A stretch of DNA of 64,000 nt from NCBI GenBank assembly GCA_963724695.1, contig CAVRVW010000003.1:557767-621766 (forward strand), read 5' to 3'. Shown piece after piece: positions 37,701 through 46,795 of the stretch. A program made the translations under genes and the position numbers. How positions within the stretch are numbered: position 1 is the first letter of the stretch; every line of letters starts with the position of its first letter. Source of the DNA: an uncultured Acidobacteriota bacterium (lineage in GTDB: Bacteria > Acidobacteriota > Vicinamibacteria > Vicinamibacterales > CAVVIG01). Under the pieces are notes generated by a model, which searched no databases, was not told the DNA's origin, and saw only the letters and a list, made by a program, of their open reading frames with translations.

Positions 37701-38129
37701 GCGGACGGCCTGAACACCGTGGCTGAGACTGTGGAAGCCAACAACACAGCTGCCCGGCTCGTGTCGATCGGGCCGGACCTGTTCGTCACCGGTGTGGCGG
37801 CCACCTCTCCGGCGATGGCCGGGGCCCAGACGTCGGTGACGGCGACCGTGGTCAATCAGGGCGCCGGCGGGGCGGGCGCATCGACGGTACGTTTCTATCT
37901 TTCCACGAACGTGATGTTCGACGCCGCGGACATCGCCCTCGCCGAAACCCGCGCCGTGCCGGCTCTGGCCGCTGGCGCGTCGAACCAGGGCACCACACTG
38001 GTCACGATACCGGCCGGGACTCCGGCCGGGACGTTCTTCGTTCTGGTCCGGGCCGATGCGGACGGCGGCGTCCCGGAAAGCGTGGAGACGAACAATACCG
38101 GGCTGAGGGCGGTGCAGATTACGAACTAG
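34743..38129 (+). CDS. Secreted subtilisin-like S8 peptidase with an FN3 domain and five CARDB repeats
   Basis: ATG 34743 follows GGAGG. The catalytic motifs are VAILDTGID, HGSHVAGTIGA and GTSMATPHVSGAAALL. The FN3 domain is LSWSSALGATSYRVKRS...GTTYYYVVSAVN. Five ~117-aa repeats follow (TRFYLSGN...DAGD....ESNNT), spanning 36370-38126. Confidence 0.9.
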   Translation: MRLPPFRVAAVFALAGVVLLSASVATQMRRPRGLSIEMVNGREAASREVIVKLAEWSTLARENRLTQDADAELVAPIGRAGLVLVRSRSLGAAALLSRLSARGDVVYAEPNFVVRTFAEPNDPMWPQLWGLRNIGQIVNNKPAGTAGADIRTPAAWDLTTDAASTVVAILDTGIDYTHPDLIPNLWSAPAPFTVMVGGQPVTCPAGSRGFNALEMNCDPRDDHNHGSHVAGTIGAAGNNGIGVAGVAWSAKLMALKFIDASGSGTVADAIRAIQFAIEAKRVMGAAADIRVLSNSWGGTEFSQALLDQIEAVNDNDMLFVAAAGNYGVSNDILPIYPASFTAPNVVSVAATTNTDARAYFSNYGAGSVHLGAPGMDILSTIRDGAYGFSSGTSMATPHVSGAAALLLSRCALNTADLKETLLGSVDPVASLATTTITGGRLNVHNALHACIAPPAAPAGLTAAGGDAEVRLSWSSALGATSYRVKRSTTPGGPHVLVAANVKPNQFTDEGLLNGTTYYYVVSAVNMLGESADSNEASATPAIPSDLSIPAFTAPTVGGAGTPLAVSITTANEGAGQAQPTMTRFYLSGNTVIDAGDRVLSDAQTVPALAAGASSSASMALTIPEDVSVGTHYVIARGDADDVVFEADEANNTRTRVVLIGPDLYVSTLTAPATAAPGAVISVLDTTVNQGGAGAGGSTTRFYFSSNVALDAADTLLASRTVVALNAGAAASSSTMLTIPAGVATGTYYIIAEADGAKAIAESRETNNTTARTVRVGADLVVSAFTVPAKSAGGESVTVTDTTMNQGTEESGASTTRFYLSGNSTFDAGDAQLPGSRGVAALAPGMSSVGSTLLPLPGGIEAGTSYLIARADDGGAVGETQESNNTLARSIQIGPDLTVSGLTAPSKVGAGDEFQVTETAANQGGGSAPASTMLFYLSTNGQLDAADLLLSGNRSVAALPAGTASIGSTSIVIPAGTTSGAYYLLAKADGLNTVAETVEANNTAARLVSIGPDLFVTGVAATSPAMAGAQTSVTATVVNQGAGGAGASTVRFYLSTNVMFDAADIALAETRAVPALAAGASNQGTTLVTIPAGTPAGTFFVLVRADADGGVPESVETNNTGLRAVQITN

Positions 38130-39033
38130 ACGAATAGCGCAGCTCACCGGCCTCGACGCGGACCTTGAGCCGGTTCTGGGGCGGCGGCAGCGGGCACGTG
38201 GTATAGGGGTTGTAGCCGCACGGCGGGTTCTGCGCGTAGTTGAAGTCGAGAGGAAACTCGCCGGCCGCCGGCATTGGCTGATACAGGAACCGCGCTGCCG
38301 GGTACGTCTCCTTGCCGCTCGTCAAGTCTCGAAAGACGAACCAGAGCCGCTGTCCGGACCGCCACGCGACCATCTCGTGCTGAACACCACCCAGGGAGAA
38401 CGCGACGGTCCCGACGACGGTGAAGGGCTCCAGATCGCCGAGGATGTTGGGCATGTCCACGACGGTCGGCGCCGGGTACGGCGTAAACCGGGCCGTGACC
38501 TTGAACGCCGGGTTCGGGGCATACCAGCGGAGCCCCTTGAACTTGGTCCGCAGCGGGCTGTCGAGGTCGCGCACGCGTAGCGCGAGGCGCGGTCCGCTGT
38601 AGTGCACGAAGAAGTTCACGCGGCCAAAGCTCACGATGTCCGCAGGCTTCCCGAGCCCGCTTCGTTGCAGCGGTGCTTCCCGCACCGGCCGATCGTTGAC
38701 CGTCACCGTGCGACCTTCCGGAGCCTTGATGTATGGTTGGTCCCCTTTGAGGATCAGCATGGCGCCCTGATCGGGCACGCCAGGCAGATCGAGCACGACA
38801 TCATTGGTGGGCGCGCGGCCCACGCTGTTCTCGCCCTGGTTCAGGAAGTGCAGGCCGGCGACGGTCAGCCATCCCGTGTCCGTCTGGAGCGAAGCCTCGT
38901 GCTCGCCCCGGAACTTGAGCAGCGCGGCCGTGTCGTAGCCGGCGGTGCGGGCCGGGCTCTGGCCACCGACCGCAGACGAGCAGGCGACGGCCACGACCAG
39001 CGCGAGCAGGGCTCGAGATCGCCACGTACTCAT
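38119..39033 (-). CDS. DUF1684 domain-containing protein
   Basis: The signal peptide is MSTWRSRALLALVVAVACSS. The signature is YPAARFLY...FPLDFNYAQNPPCGYNPYTTCPLPPPQNRLKVRVEAGE. Confidence 0.85.
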   Translation of the reverse strand: MSTWRSRALLALVVAVACSSAVGGQSPARTAGYDTAALLKFRGEHEASLQTDTGWLTVAGLHFLNQGENSVGRAPTNDVVLDLPGVPDQGAMLILKGDQPYIKAPEGRTVTVNDRPVREAPLQRSGLGKPADIVSFGRVNFFVHYSGPRLALRVRDLDSPLRTKFKGLRWYAPNPAFKVTARFTPYPAPTVVDMPNILGDLEPFTVVGTVAFSLGGVQHEMVAWRSGQRLWFVFRDLTSGKETYPAARFLYQPMPAAGEFPLDFNYAQNPPCGYNPYTTCPLPPPQNRLKVRVEAGELRYSSSS

Positions 39034-39160
39034 GGGTGTTCCTTTATCATTCACTGCTCGCGGGGCCCCACCCCCGCTCGCTTGCCGCGCTTCGTTTGTC
39101 GCTCGGCCTCGAGCGTAGACTCTCGGCCTCGCCTGTCACCGCGGTCCCATCCCGCTCGAA

Positions 39161-39598
39161 CTATCGCGGGGGAGTAGGCTGGCTGCCGGGCGGCTGCACT
39201 TCTTCCGTCACACGCCCGCCGACGACAATCGGGCTGCCGTCGGCTCGCGTGATCCGGGCGCAGCACATGCCGTGCGAGCCGGGGGCCTTCGAGGGCTGAC
39301 CCGCGGCCTTGATCACAGTGCCGGGCTTGAGCGTTTCCGGGGTCCACCCGGTCCGCGTCAGGCCCACCGGGGCGCCGAGCTCGATCTGCCACTCGGTCTT
39401 CTGGCCCCCTGGCTCCTCGGCGTCCATGTAGAGGAAGGCGTGCGGGTTTCTGAAGACGAACTTCGTGACGGCGCCCTGAATTTCGACCTTCTTGGTGTTG
39501 TCGTAAAAGGGCGCGCTCGAATGGTGCGCGATGGCGGGAATGGCCGCCATCAGGCCGCCGGCCACCAGCGTCGCCGCAATACATCGCTGAGCGTTCAT
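39161..39598 (-). CDS. Small secreted protein, DUF6152-like
   Basis: The signal peptide is followed by AHHSSAPFYDNTKKVEIQGAVTKFVFRNPHAFLYM. The family call is from memory. Confidence 0.5.
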   Translation of the reverse strand: MNAQRCIAATLVAGGLMAAIPAIAHHSSAPFYDNTKKVEIQGAVTKFVFRNPHAFLYMDAEEPGGQKTEWQIELGAPVGLTRTGWTPETLKPGTVIKAAGQPSKAPGSHGMCCARITRADGSPIVVGGRVTEEVQPPGSQPTPPR

Positions 39599-39626
39599 CG
39601 GTCTCTCCTCGGTGCGATCACGGGCA

Positions 39627-40379
39627 TCATTTGTACTTTGACTCGAAGAACCGTACCGACGCGCGCGCCGACTCGGGGTCGCAGTCGAAGGGCTGGAGCT
39701 TGAAGTCTTTGGGCTGCGGCAGCCAACGGGTCGTGTACCCGGTGGGCTTCCTCAGGAACATCGGGTCCTCGACGGTGAGCGTCACCCGGAGCTCGGCGCC
39801 CTCCCGCCAGTAACGCTCCGTGACCTTCTTCTGGGCCGACGAGGGGATGCCGTTGTAGTCGTCGAATCCCGTGATGTCCCACACGAAATTGGTGGTCACG
39901 ACGTTCAACGCGCCGTTCTCGTACTTGCCGGTCGAGAAGCCCTGGAGCGAGAAGTCCTTGGCCGTGGGCGTGCGGCCGTCCAGCCACACGATGCGCTGCT
40001 GATCGTCCTTTTCGTAGTTGAAGATCACCCGATCTTTCTGCTGGATGACCTCCATGTTGTAGGGGTCGTACTGCAGGGCGGGCGAGGTGGACGGCTGGCA
40101 GTCGTACTTCGGCGAGATGATTTCCTCGAACACCTTCTGGTACGCCAGGCCGCGCTCGTTCAGCTCGGGGAAGTTCTCCTTGCCCCACGGCACGGTCTCG
40201 CTGTTGACGCGGCGGGCCCGCCCCCCGCCGTCCCACTTGCCGGCGAGATCCGGGATGGCCGCGGCCGCCGGGGCCTGCGCGTCGAGCGCCCGGTCCGACT
40301 GCACGAGCATGACCGCCACCAAGCCGGCGATCGCGGCACATACGCCCGCGCGCGCAAAACCGCTTCTCCGCATCGTCAT
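39627..40379 (-). CDS. Secreted hypothetical protein (partner of the DUF6152-like gene)
   Basis: Intact 250-aa ORF with a signal peptide. Its C-terminal block TERYWREGAELRVTLTVEDPMFLRKP..FDCDPES resembles the C-terminus of the gene at 62680-63772. Confidence 0.5.
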   Translation of the reverse strand: MTMRRSGFARAGVCAAIAGLVAVMLVQSDRALDAQAPAAAAIPDLAGKWDGGGRARRVNSETVPWGKENFPELNERGLAYQKVFEEIISPKYDCQPSTSPALQYDPYNMEVIQQKDRVIFNYEKDDQQRIVWLDGRTPTAKDFSLQGFSTGKYENGALNVVTTNFVWDITGFDDYNGIPSSAQKKVTERYWREGAELRVTLTVEDPMFLRKPTGYTTRWLPQPKDFKLQPFDCDPESARASVRFFESKYK

Positions 40380-40512
40380 TGCCTGATTCCTCCTGGGAAG
40401 CGGACCGGGTCCACCAAGGACGAGCTTCGCGAATTGTACATCGGAGACGACTATCCGGCACGAGGTTTGGCCTCCGCCGCGTAGACTGGCGGGCGGCTCG
40501 ACGGAGGAAGCA

Positions 40513-41562
40513 ATGCCCGGAGGCTACGTCCACGATATCGACCCGGTGCTGCCGGTAGTCGGCGCCGTTGCCGGCGTTTACCTCTGGTGGTACGGCCTCG
40601 GCTTCGCCCTGGGGTTCCTCCAGATCCATCGCTTCCTGATGCGCGGCCGGGCGCCGCTCGGCCTGTCGCAGCGCGACGTCTGGTCGTTGTCGATATTGAT
40701 GACGGTCTCGGTGCTCGTGGGCGGCCGTTCGGTCGAGATCGCGCTCGATGAGTGGCCGTTTTATCGCGAGCAGGCCAGTCTCATGCCTGCGTTCTGGCTT
40801 GGCGGCATGGCCACGCACGGCCTGCTCATCGGCGCCGCCGCGGCCACGGCCTTGTACTCGATCGTGTGGCGCAAACCGTTCCTCCAGCTCGCGGACGCGC
40901 TCGTCATTCCTGGGGCGTTCCTGATGGGCGTCGGCCGCATCGGCAACTTCATCGACGGCCAGATCGTGGGCAGCGTCACCGACGTGTGGTGGGGGGTGAA
41001 GTTCCCTTACGCCGACGGCTTTCGCCACCCGGTCGTCCTGTACGACGGCGCGAAGAACCTGCTGCTGATGTGGTTCCTGCTCCGCGTGCGGAACACCAAC
41101 TCGACGCCCGGCGCTATCGCTGCCCGGTTCGTCTTCTGGTATGCCTTCCCTCGGATCTTCATCGATCTCTTCCGGGACTACCCGACGCACCGGTTCGCGC
41201 TCGGCACGGGGCAGACGTTGAATCTGTGCATGGCGGCCATTGGCGTGGCGCTGCTCGTACGCTCGCGCCTCCGGCGTATGGGACGCCTTGCCAACCCGGG
41301 GTCGGTTGCCCTGCCTCTGGCACTCGACGGTGATGTTCCTGCCCATTGGGCGCAGCGCGTAGCCTTCGCGTGCCTGCTCGCGTTCTGCCTGGCGATCCCC
41401 AGCAACTGGACCCAGAACGTTCCGGCCAGGTACGGGGCCCGGCACCCGGGGCTGCGGCACTCCCGACTGTATCCCCCGATCGACTGGGCGCCGCCGGCGG
41501 CGACGCCGGCCCTCCGACGGGCGAGCAGGAACCGAGACCGTAATCGAACCCGACAGTTCTGA
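40513..41562 (+). CDS. lgt: Prolipoprotein diacylglyceryl transferase
   Basis: The sequence includes YGLGFALGF, the signature GRIGNFIDGQIVG, and HPVVLYDGAKNLLL, with a C-terminal extension. Confidence 0.85.
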   Translation: MPGGYVHDIDPVLPVVGAVAGVYLWWYGLGFALGFLQIHRFLMRGRAPLGLSQRDVWSLSILMTVSVLVGGRSVEIALDEWPFYREQASLMPAFWLGGMATHGLLIGAAAATALYSIVWRKPFLQLADALVIPGAFLMGVGRIGNFIDGQIVGSVTDVWWGVKFPYADGFRHPVVLYDGAKNLLLMWFLLRVRNTNSTPGAIAARFVFWYAFPRIFIDLFRDYPTHRFALGTGQTLNLCMAAIGVALLVRSRLRRMGRLANPGSVALPLALDGDVPAHWAQRVAFACLLAFCLAIPSNWTQNVPARYGARHPGLRHSRLYPPIDWAPPAATPALRRASRNRDRNRTRQF

Positions 41563-41654
41563 CCAGGAAGGGGGACCCGCGTGGCCGATCACGACGCGAT
41601 GCTGGGCAATGCCGCCCTTTCGTTCGCGGCAGCGGCTTTGCTCGGTTTGGTCCG

Positions 41655-42929
41655 GTGACCGCCACGTGCAACGTCCGCGGGTTCCGTATCCTCGCAGTTG
41701 CGGCAGGCCTGTGGTGCCTGGCGCTTAGGGCGTTGGCCGGGCCAGCCATTCCGCCCGTACCCCTCCCGCCTCCGTCAGGTCCGGTCGTGAACGTGTCGAC
41801 CGTCGGGCAACTGCAGCAGGCAGTGGCCTCGCTGGGATCGAACATGACGATCGTGATCGCGGCCGGCACGTACCAGCTCACGGCGCCGCTCTACATCAAC
41901 GGCACGTTCACCAACGTGGGCATCCGCGGGGCCACAGGCAACCGGGACGACGTCGTGCTGGTGGGGAAGGGGATGGCGGGCGCGAACGACGGCGGGGTCC
42001 CGTTCGGCATCTGGGTCGGCGGAGACGTGCGGGGCGTGACCATCGCCCACCTGACCATCCGCGACATCTTCAACCACCCGATCATGCTGAACGCCGGGGC
42101 GGAGTCTCCGCTCATTCACAACGTGCGCCTGATCAATGCGGGCCAGCAGTTCGTCAAGGCCAATCCCGATGGCGCCGGAGGCGGCGTCGACAACGGCATC
42201 GTCGAGTACTCGGTCATCGAGTACACGACGACCAGCCGCGACGACTACACCAACGGTGTGGACGTCCACTCGGGGAACAACTGGATCATCCGGCACAACC
42301 TCTTCCGGAATATCCGGGCGCCGCAAGGGCAGCTCGCCGGCCCCGCGATCCTCATGTGGAACCACTCCGTGAACTCAATCGTCGACGGCAATACGTTCGT
42401 CAATTGCCACCGCGAGATCTCGCTCGGGTTGATCCAGCGGACGCCCGACGATCACGTGGGTGGGATCGTGCGGAACAACTTCATCTACCGGAGCGCCGGC
42501 GGGGGCGGGGATGCCGCGGTGCTCGTGGCGGACTCGCCCGGGACGCAGGTGCTGCACAACTCCATGCTGCTCTCGGGGACCTATCCAAACGCCGTCGAGT
42601 ACCGTTTTGCAAACTCCACCGGCGTGCAGGTGGCCTTCAACGCGGCTGACGCAGGCGTGGTCGCGCGGGACGGCGCCACTGGAAACGTGACCAGCAACCA
42701 CACGAGCGCGACCGCGTCGCTGTTCGTGAACGCGCCTGCGGGCGACCTCCACCTCAGGTCAACGGCCACTGCACTGATCGACCGGATCGGTGTTCCTTCC
42801 GCCGCGGCCGGCACGGATTGGGACGGCGAGCCCCGGCCAGCCGGGTCCACCGACATCGGCGCCGACGAGCACCGCGCGGGGACGCCACCGCAGGCCCCGG
42901 CCAACTTCCGGATTGTGTCGTCGCCGTGA
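41655..42929 (+). CDS. Secreted right-handed parallel beta-helix repeat protein
   Basis: A signal peptide is followed by the repeated pattern NVGIRG.., VTIAHLTIRD, IHNVRLIN, NNWIIRHNLFRNI, IVDGNTFVNC and IVRNNFIY. Confidence 0.7.
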   Translation: MTATCNVRGFRILAVAAGLWCLALRALAGPAIPPVPLPPPSGPVVNVSTVGQLQQAVASLGSNMTIVIAAGTYQLTAPLYINGTFTNVGIRGATGNRDDVVLVGKGMAGANDGGVPFGIWVGGDVRGVTIAHLTIRDIFNHPIMLNAGAESPLIHNVRLINAGQQFVKANPDGAGGGVDNGIVEYSVIEYTTTSRDDYTNGVDVHSGNNWIIRHNLFRNIRAPQGQLAGPAILMWNHSVNSIVDGNTFVNCHREISLGLIQRTPDDHVGGIVRNNFIYRSAGGGGDAAVLVADSPGTQVLHNSMLLSGTYPNAVEYRFANSTGVQVAFNAADAGVVARDGATGNVTSNHTSATASLFVNAPAGDLHLRSTATALIDRIGVPSAAAGTDWDGEPRPAGSTDIGADEHRAGTPPQAPANFRIVSSP

Positions 42930-42935
42930 CGCGGC

Positions 42936-43553
42936 CTACGGCGCTGGCTTGATGTCCACGAAGCCGCGCATGGTGTCCTCGATCAGGGCGCGCTCCGAGA
43001 GCGACTTCGAGATCGGCGCCGGCCACTTGACGGTGATGGAGGTGACGGGATCCTGCGCGCCGTCGGGCGAGGTCAGCTGCACGAAGTCGATCTTGACGAC
43101 GTGCTGCTCGAAGCGAACGTTCTTCACGACCAGCTCGACGCCGGCCTCGTACCTCGCGACCAGCAGCGGTTCGACGCGCTGGTAGCTTCGCACCTCGAGG
43201 GGATCGCCGCGGTACATCTCGGTCACCTTCTGCACGACTGCCTGAAGGTCCCGGCCCGCGATGTCGTCGCGGCCCTGCCGGCCGTCGAACTGGAAGTAGG
43301 CGCCCTCGTTCGGGGTGATGACCGTCAGGCCTTCGCGCAGCCCGCTCTTCATCGCGCCGAGCCGGCCGCGCTCGTTGAACACGAGCGAATGCAGGGCCTG
43401 CTTCACGACCACGCTGCGGCCCTTCCAGGTCCTGGCGAACGCCTCCTGCGGGGTCTCAGAGGACACCACGATAGGGGTCAACAGGCCCGCGGCCAGCGCC
43501 AGGGTCCAGAGTGCGGTCTTCACGGGAGCGCTCATGGAGCGTGACCGATGCAT
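42936..43553 (-). CDS. Secreted hypothetical protein
   Basis: Intact 205-aa ORF. The signal peptide is MSAPVKTALWTLALAAGLL (start 43553 or 43535). I recognise no family. Confidence 0.5.
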   Translation of the reverse strand: MHRSRSMSAPVKTALWTLALAAGLLTPIVVSSETPQEAFARTWKGRSVVVKQALHSLVFNERGRLGAMKSGLREGLTVITPNEGAYFQFDGRQGRDDIAGRDLQAVVQKVTEMYRGDPLEVRSYQRVEPLLVARYEAGVELVVKNVRFEQHVVKIDFVQLTSPDGAQDPVTSITVKWPAPISKSLSERALIEDTMRGFVDIKPAP

Positions 43554-43907
43554 CCATCGATCCCCGCGTATTCGCGGGCAGTGGAGGGTTGAAGCGGACC
43601 TGCGCGGCTGACCATCCCGTCAGCGGCATTACGATCTTGTGGGCGCCCGGCGGAAGGCCTGCGCAAACCCGGGCGACTGGTGCCACGAAACCTGGCCTGC
43701 CGGTTGCGTCCCCGGCGAGCGTGATCCCCCGATTCGCTGCCGAGCGCTCCTGGCGCAGCCGCTTGCTGGCCGCCGCGGCCGCGATCTTCGTCGTCGCCAC
43801 CGTGAGCGTGCCGCGGCTTCTGGTGGCGTGCCAGGACCTCCCCCACGCTATCAGGGAGAGCTTCGAGCGCCTTAAGTGACCGGGCGCTTGAAACGATAAG
43901 GCGGGAA

Positions 43908-44810
43908 ATGGTTCCTGACGAACAACGCTGGCTGCAGACACTTGGGCTCGGGCCGGGCGCAACCTGGCACCAGATCGAAGATGCGTACCGCGATCTGGTC
44001 AAGGTCTGGCATCCTGACCGTTTCCAGTCGGATCCCGCGCTCCGTCCGAAGGCGCAGGAGAAGCTTCGGGCGCTGAACGCTGCCTACGAACAGCTTCGGC
44101 GGTTGCCGCGCGCCGACCCTTCGACAGCTTTGGCGCGGCCACCGGCTTCTGCGGACGAACCCTCTCTCACGCCGCCCGAACCGCTCCCTCGCACGAAGAA
44201 CATCGGCATGTTCACGGGCGCCCTGGTGGCGATTGCAGTAGTGGTTGGAACGTTTCTGTTCCTCGACGGGCGACGCGGCGCCGGCACGGCCGACGACGGC
44301 CTGCTTGGGACACAGCGCGACGCCGTGACTGGCACCGAAAGCCCCGTTACGCCCGATCCCGTGCCCCGTCGAGTAGCGCCACAGCCTGCTGAGCGGAGTG
44401 GGACCGAAGCGCCGCTTTCGACCGAACCGCCCGCGCCGCTACCGACGAGCGGCACGCTGGCCGTCTCCTCACAGCCCATCGGCGCGACCGTGTACGTCGA
44501 CGACCGGCCAGTCGGCAAGACCCCGCTGACCCTCTCGACGATTGTGCCGGGCGTGCATCGCATCCGCCTCGAGCTCGACGACTTTCCGGCGTGGCATTCA
44601 TCGGTGCGGATAGAGGCCGGGAGCCGGGAGAAGCTGCTCGCGATCTTCGAGAGAGCTAGGTCTGAGGGCTACTTGACGACGGCCGCGACCTTGAGCACGC
44701 CCTGGTCGGTTGTGAGCGTGAGGCCGACGGTCTCGCCCGGCTTCAGCGGCTTCTTGAGATCCTTCAGCAGCAGATGCATCCCAGCCGGGCCGAGGGCGAG
44801 GCTCTCGTAG
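43908..44810 (+). CDS. J-domain (DnaJ-like) membrane protein with a C-terminal PEGA domain
   Basis: The J domain is WHQIEDAYRDLVKVWHPDRF...LRALNAAYEQL. The TM helix is MFTGALVAIAVVVGTFLFL. The PEGA domain is TLAVSSQPIGATVYVDDRPVGKTPLTLSTIVPGVHRIRL. The last ~50 codons overlap the convergent gene, so the true stop is probably near 44660 in another frame. Confidence 0.7.
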   Translation: MVPDEQRWLQTLGLGPGATWHQIEDAYRDLVKVWHPDRFQSDPALRPKAQEKLRALNAAYEQLRRLPRADPSTALARPPASADEPSLTPPEPLPRTKNIGMFTGALVAIAVVVGTFLFLDGRRGAGTADDGLLGTQRDAVTGTESPVTPDPVPRRVAPQPAERSGTEAPLSTEPPAPLPTSGTLAVSSQPIGATVYVDDRPVGKTPLTLSTIVPGVHRIRLELDDFPAWHSSVRIEAGSREKLLAIFERARSEGYLTTAATLSTPWSVVSVRPTVSPGFSGFLRSFSSRCIPAGPRARLS

Positions 44811-45106
44811 GCCGGTACCGTGATCTCCTTGACGGCTTTCCCCGGGGTGCCGGGCGCCGCCTGGCGCAGCTCGACGCTCCCCGCAGCATCGCTAGCAGCC
44901 GCCGTGACGTAGATGTCGTACATCGTCGGGTTGCGGATAAGCGCGAAGGCTGCAGCGGTCGTCTCGCCGGGTGCGGGCGCCTTGACCCAGCCGTCCGCAG
45001 CGGTCACCGGCTTCTGCTGCGCTGAGACGGTGGTGGGCCCGACTGTCAGGGTCCCAACCACCGCGACCAACGCGACCGCCCGAATACCGTCTCTTCCCCA
45101 GCGCAT
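44669..45106 (-). CDS. Copper chaperone PCu(A)C
   Basis: A signal peptide is followed by GWVKAPAPGETTAAAFALIRN and GPAGMHLLLKDLKKPLKPGETVGLTLT. Confidence 0.75.
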   Translation of the reverse strand: MRWGRDGIRAVALVAVVGTLTVGPTTVSAQQKPVTAADGWVKAPAPGETTAAAFALIRNPTMYDIYVTAAASDAAGSVELRQAAPGTPGKAVKEITVPAYESLALGPAGMHLLLKDLKKPLKPGETVGLTLTTDQGVLKVAAVVK

Positions 45107-45123
45107 GTGTGCCTCGTGATTGG

Positions 45124-45735
45124 TTACTGCTTGGCTTCAGCTGGCCGCCACGCGCTGGCATGCCGCTGCGCCTCGGCGATCTGTTCTGGCGTCATGCGCG
45201 CCGCGAGCGCGTCGCGGGCCTCGGCGAACCTGGTGTGCTCGGCACCCGACGAGCGTGATGCGGCGATGTTGAGCCACATATGAGCGGCGACCAGGTCTTG
45301 TGGAACGCCCTGCCCGGCAGCGTGCAGGACGCTGAGGGCCGCTTGCGCGCCTCTGTGATCCCGATCCGCGGCTTTCCGATACCACGACGCGGCCTGCGCG
45401 TAGTTCTGGGGCACGCCCTGCCCCCTTTCGTACAGCACGGCGAGCGCGAACTGCGCCAGGACAGGGGCGTCGGAGGGCGCCCGTCCCTGTTCAGCGGCCT
45501 TGCGATACCAGACGGCCGCTTGCGCGTAGTCCTGCGGCACCCCTTCGCCGTACTCGTAGCTGACGCCCATCTTGAACTGAGCGGACGGATCGCCAGATTC
45601 CGCCTCGGCACGTGCAGCCGCGGTGGAAGCGCGTCCCGCACCTTGCGGTGCGCGTGCCGCATCCTGCGCGACGGACAGGCGGCTCACCAGCAGGCCACAC
45701 AGGACGGCCAGGACCACCCGTGTCAGCGTGCCCAT
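45124..45735 (-). CDS. Sel1-repeat (SLR/TPR-like) secreted protein
   Basis: The signal peptide is MGTLTRVVLAVLCGLLVSRLSVAQ. Repeats are of the type GVPQDYAQAAVWYRKAAEQG and GVPQNYAQAASWYRKAADRD. Confidence 0.85.
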   Translation of the reverse strand: MGTLTRVVLAVLCGLLVSRLSVAQDAARAPQGAGRASTAAARAEAESGDPSAQFKMGVSYEYGEGVPQDYAQAAVWYRKAAEQGRAPSDAPVLAQFALAVLYERGQGVPQNYAQAASWYRKAADRDHRGAQAALSVLHAAGQGVPQDLVAAHMWLNIAASRSSGAEHTRFAEARDALAARMTPEQIAEAQRHASAWRPAEAKQ

Positions 45736-45884
45736 CGGGTCAAGGGTAGCACGGGTCTCCCGCCGGCCCCGCGAGCGCGCTGACGCGTTACGACCACGCA
45801 GCAAGCCGCCAAGGACACGCCAGGAAAGCCGCTCGACTGGCCGCGCCCGATCACGAGCGCGGCCAGGTTCGAAGAGTCAGCGCG

Positions 45885-46709
45885 CTATCGCGACGCGCGG
45901 CGCCGCCTGGCGGTGAGGCCCAGCCCCGTTGCCAGCGAGGCGAGACCGATGAGGCCCAGAAGGGGCAGGGGGCTCGCGGTCGAGGGCAGCTGCGCGGCGC
46001 CGCCCGATGCCGTCTGGCTCGAAGCGCCCGTTGCCTGGCGCGACGCGGCAGGCGCGCTGCTCGCGGCGCTGCCCGCGCCACCGCCAGCGGCACCGCCCGT
46101 GGCGCCCCTGGCGGCTCCACCCGCGGCACCGCCGCCGGATCCGCCGGCGGCCGCGGCGGCGGGTGCACCGCCTCCACGCGCGAGGGTCGCCTGCACTTCC
46201 TGCTCGGTCATCACCCGCGGCGGCAGCGACGTGATGATGGTCGCCGACAGCTTGTCGTTGGCGCGGAAGTCCGAGACCCGCGCCGGCTTGCCTTCGCGCA
46301 TGATCGTGACACCGCGCTTGTCCACGTCGCTCTGCGTGAACATCTTGATGCCCTCGTCAGTGCGAACGATCATGGCCGATCCCGAGACCTGCGCGACGGT
46401 CCCGTTCTTGACTTCGGTCACCGTGACGGGGACCAGCGTCGTCCTGGTGGTGATGGTCGCCGTGCCGGACATGCCGGGCTTCAGCTCGCGCACCGACAAC
46501 GGCTTACCGTCGACGACGAAGCGGAAGTCGTCGGCCACGGTCATGTCCCTCGTGCCCTCGGGCAGATTGACGATCAGCCGGTTGCCGTCCACCGCGATGA
46601 TCCGGAACTGCTTGGTTTCCGACGCCGTCGACGTTTGCGCAAAGGAGACGGCAGCCGTCAAGCAAACGAGACAACCACCCAGCATCACTTGGAGAATTCT
46701 CCGCGTCAT
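45885..46709 (-). CDS. Sortase-substrate-like secreted protein with a C-terminal LPSTAS + TM + RRRR sorting signal
   Basis: ATG 46709 follows GAGGAG. A signal peptide, a beta-rich domain and a Gly/Ala-rich linker precede the C-terminus QLPSTASPLPLLGLIGLASLATGLGLTARRRRASR-stop. The motif codons lie at 45972-45989. Confidence 0.7.
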   Translation of the reverse strand: MTRRILQVMLGGCLVCLTAAVSFAQTSTASETKQFRIIAVDGNRLIVNLPEGTRDMTVADDFRFVVDGKPLSVRELKPGMSGTATITTRTTLVPVTVTEVKNGTVAQVSGSAMIVRTDEGIKMFTQSDVDKRGVTIMREGKPARVSDFRANDKLSATIITSLPPRVMTEQEVQATLARGGGAPAAAAAGGSGGGAAGGAARGATGGAAGGGAGSAASSAPAASRQATGASSQTASGGAAQLPSTASPLPLLGLIGLASLATGLGLTARRRRASR

Positions 46710-46795
46710 AAAAACTCCTCTCACTTCCGTCTGCAGTTCACCGAATCTCACGGCGTATGCGTCTCGCCGAGTTCTGGGAGCGACGGTCGCCAGGC

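Noticed and set aside
43693-43707. A sigma54-type promoter match, TGGCCTGCCGGTTGC (GG-N10-GC spacing correct), upstream of a possible 52-aa TM peptide ORF (GTG 43721).
   Set aside because: Only about 8 informative positions match. One or two such matches are expected by chance in 64 kb of GC-rich DNA on two strands. The small ORF has no RBS and no homology support, and no intact sigma54 activator is nearby.
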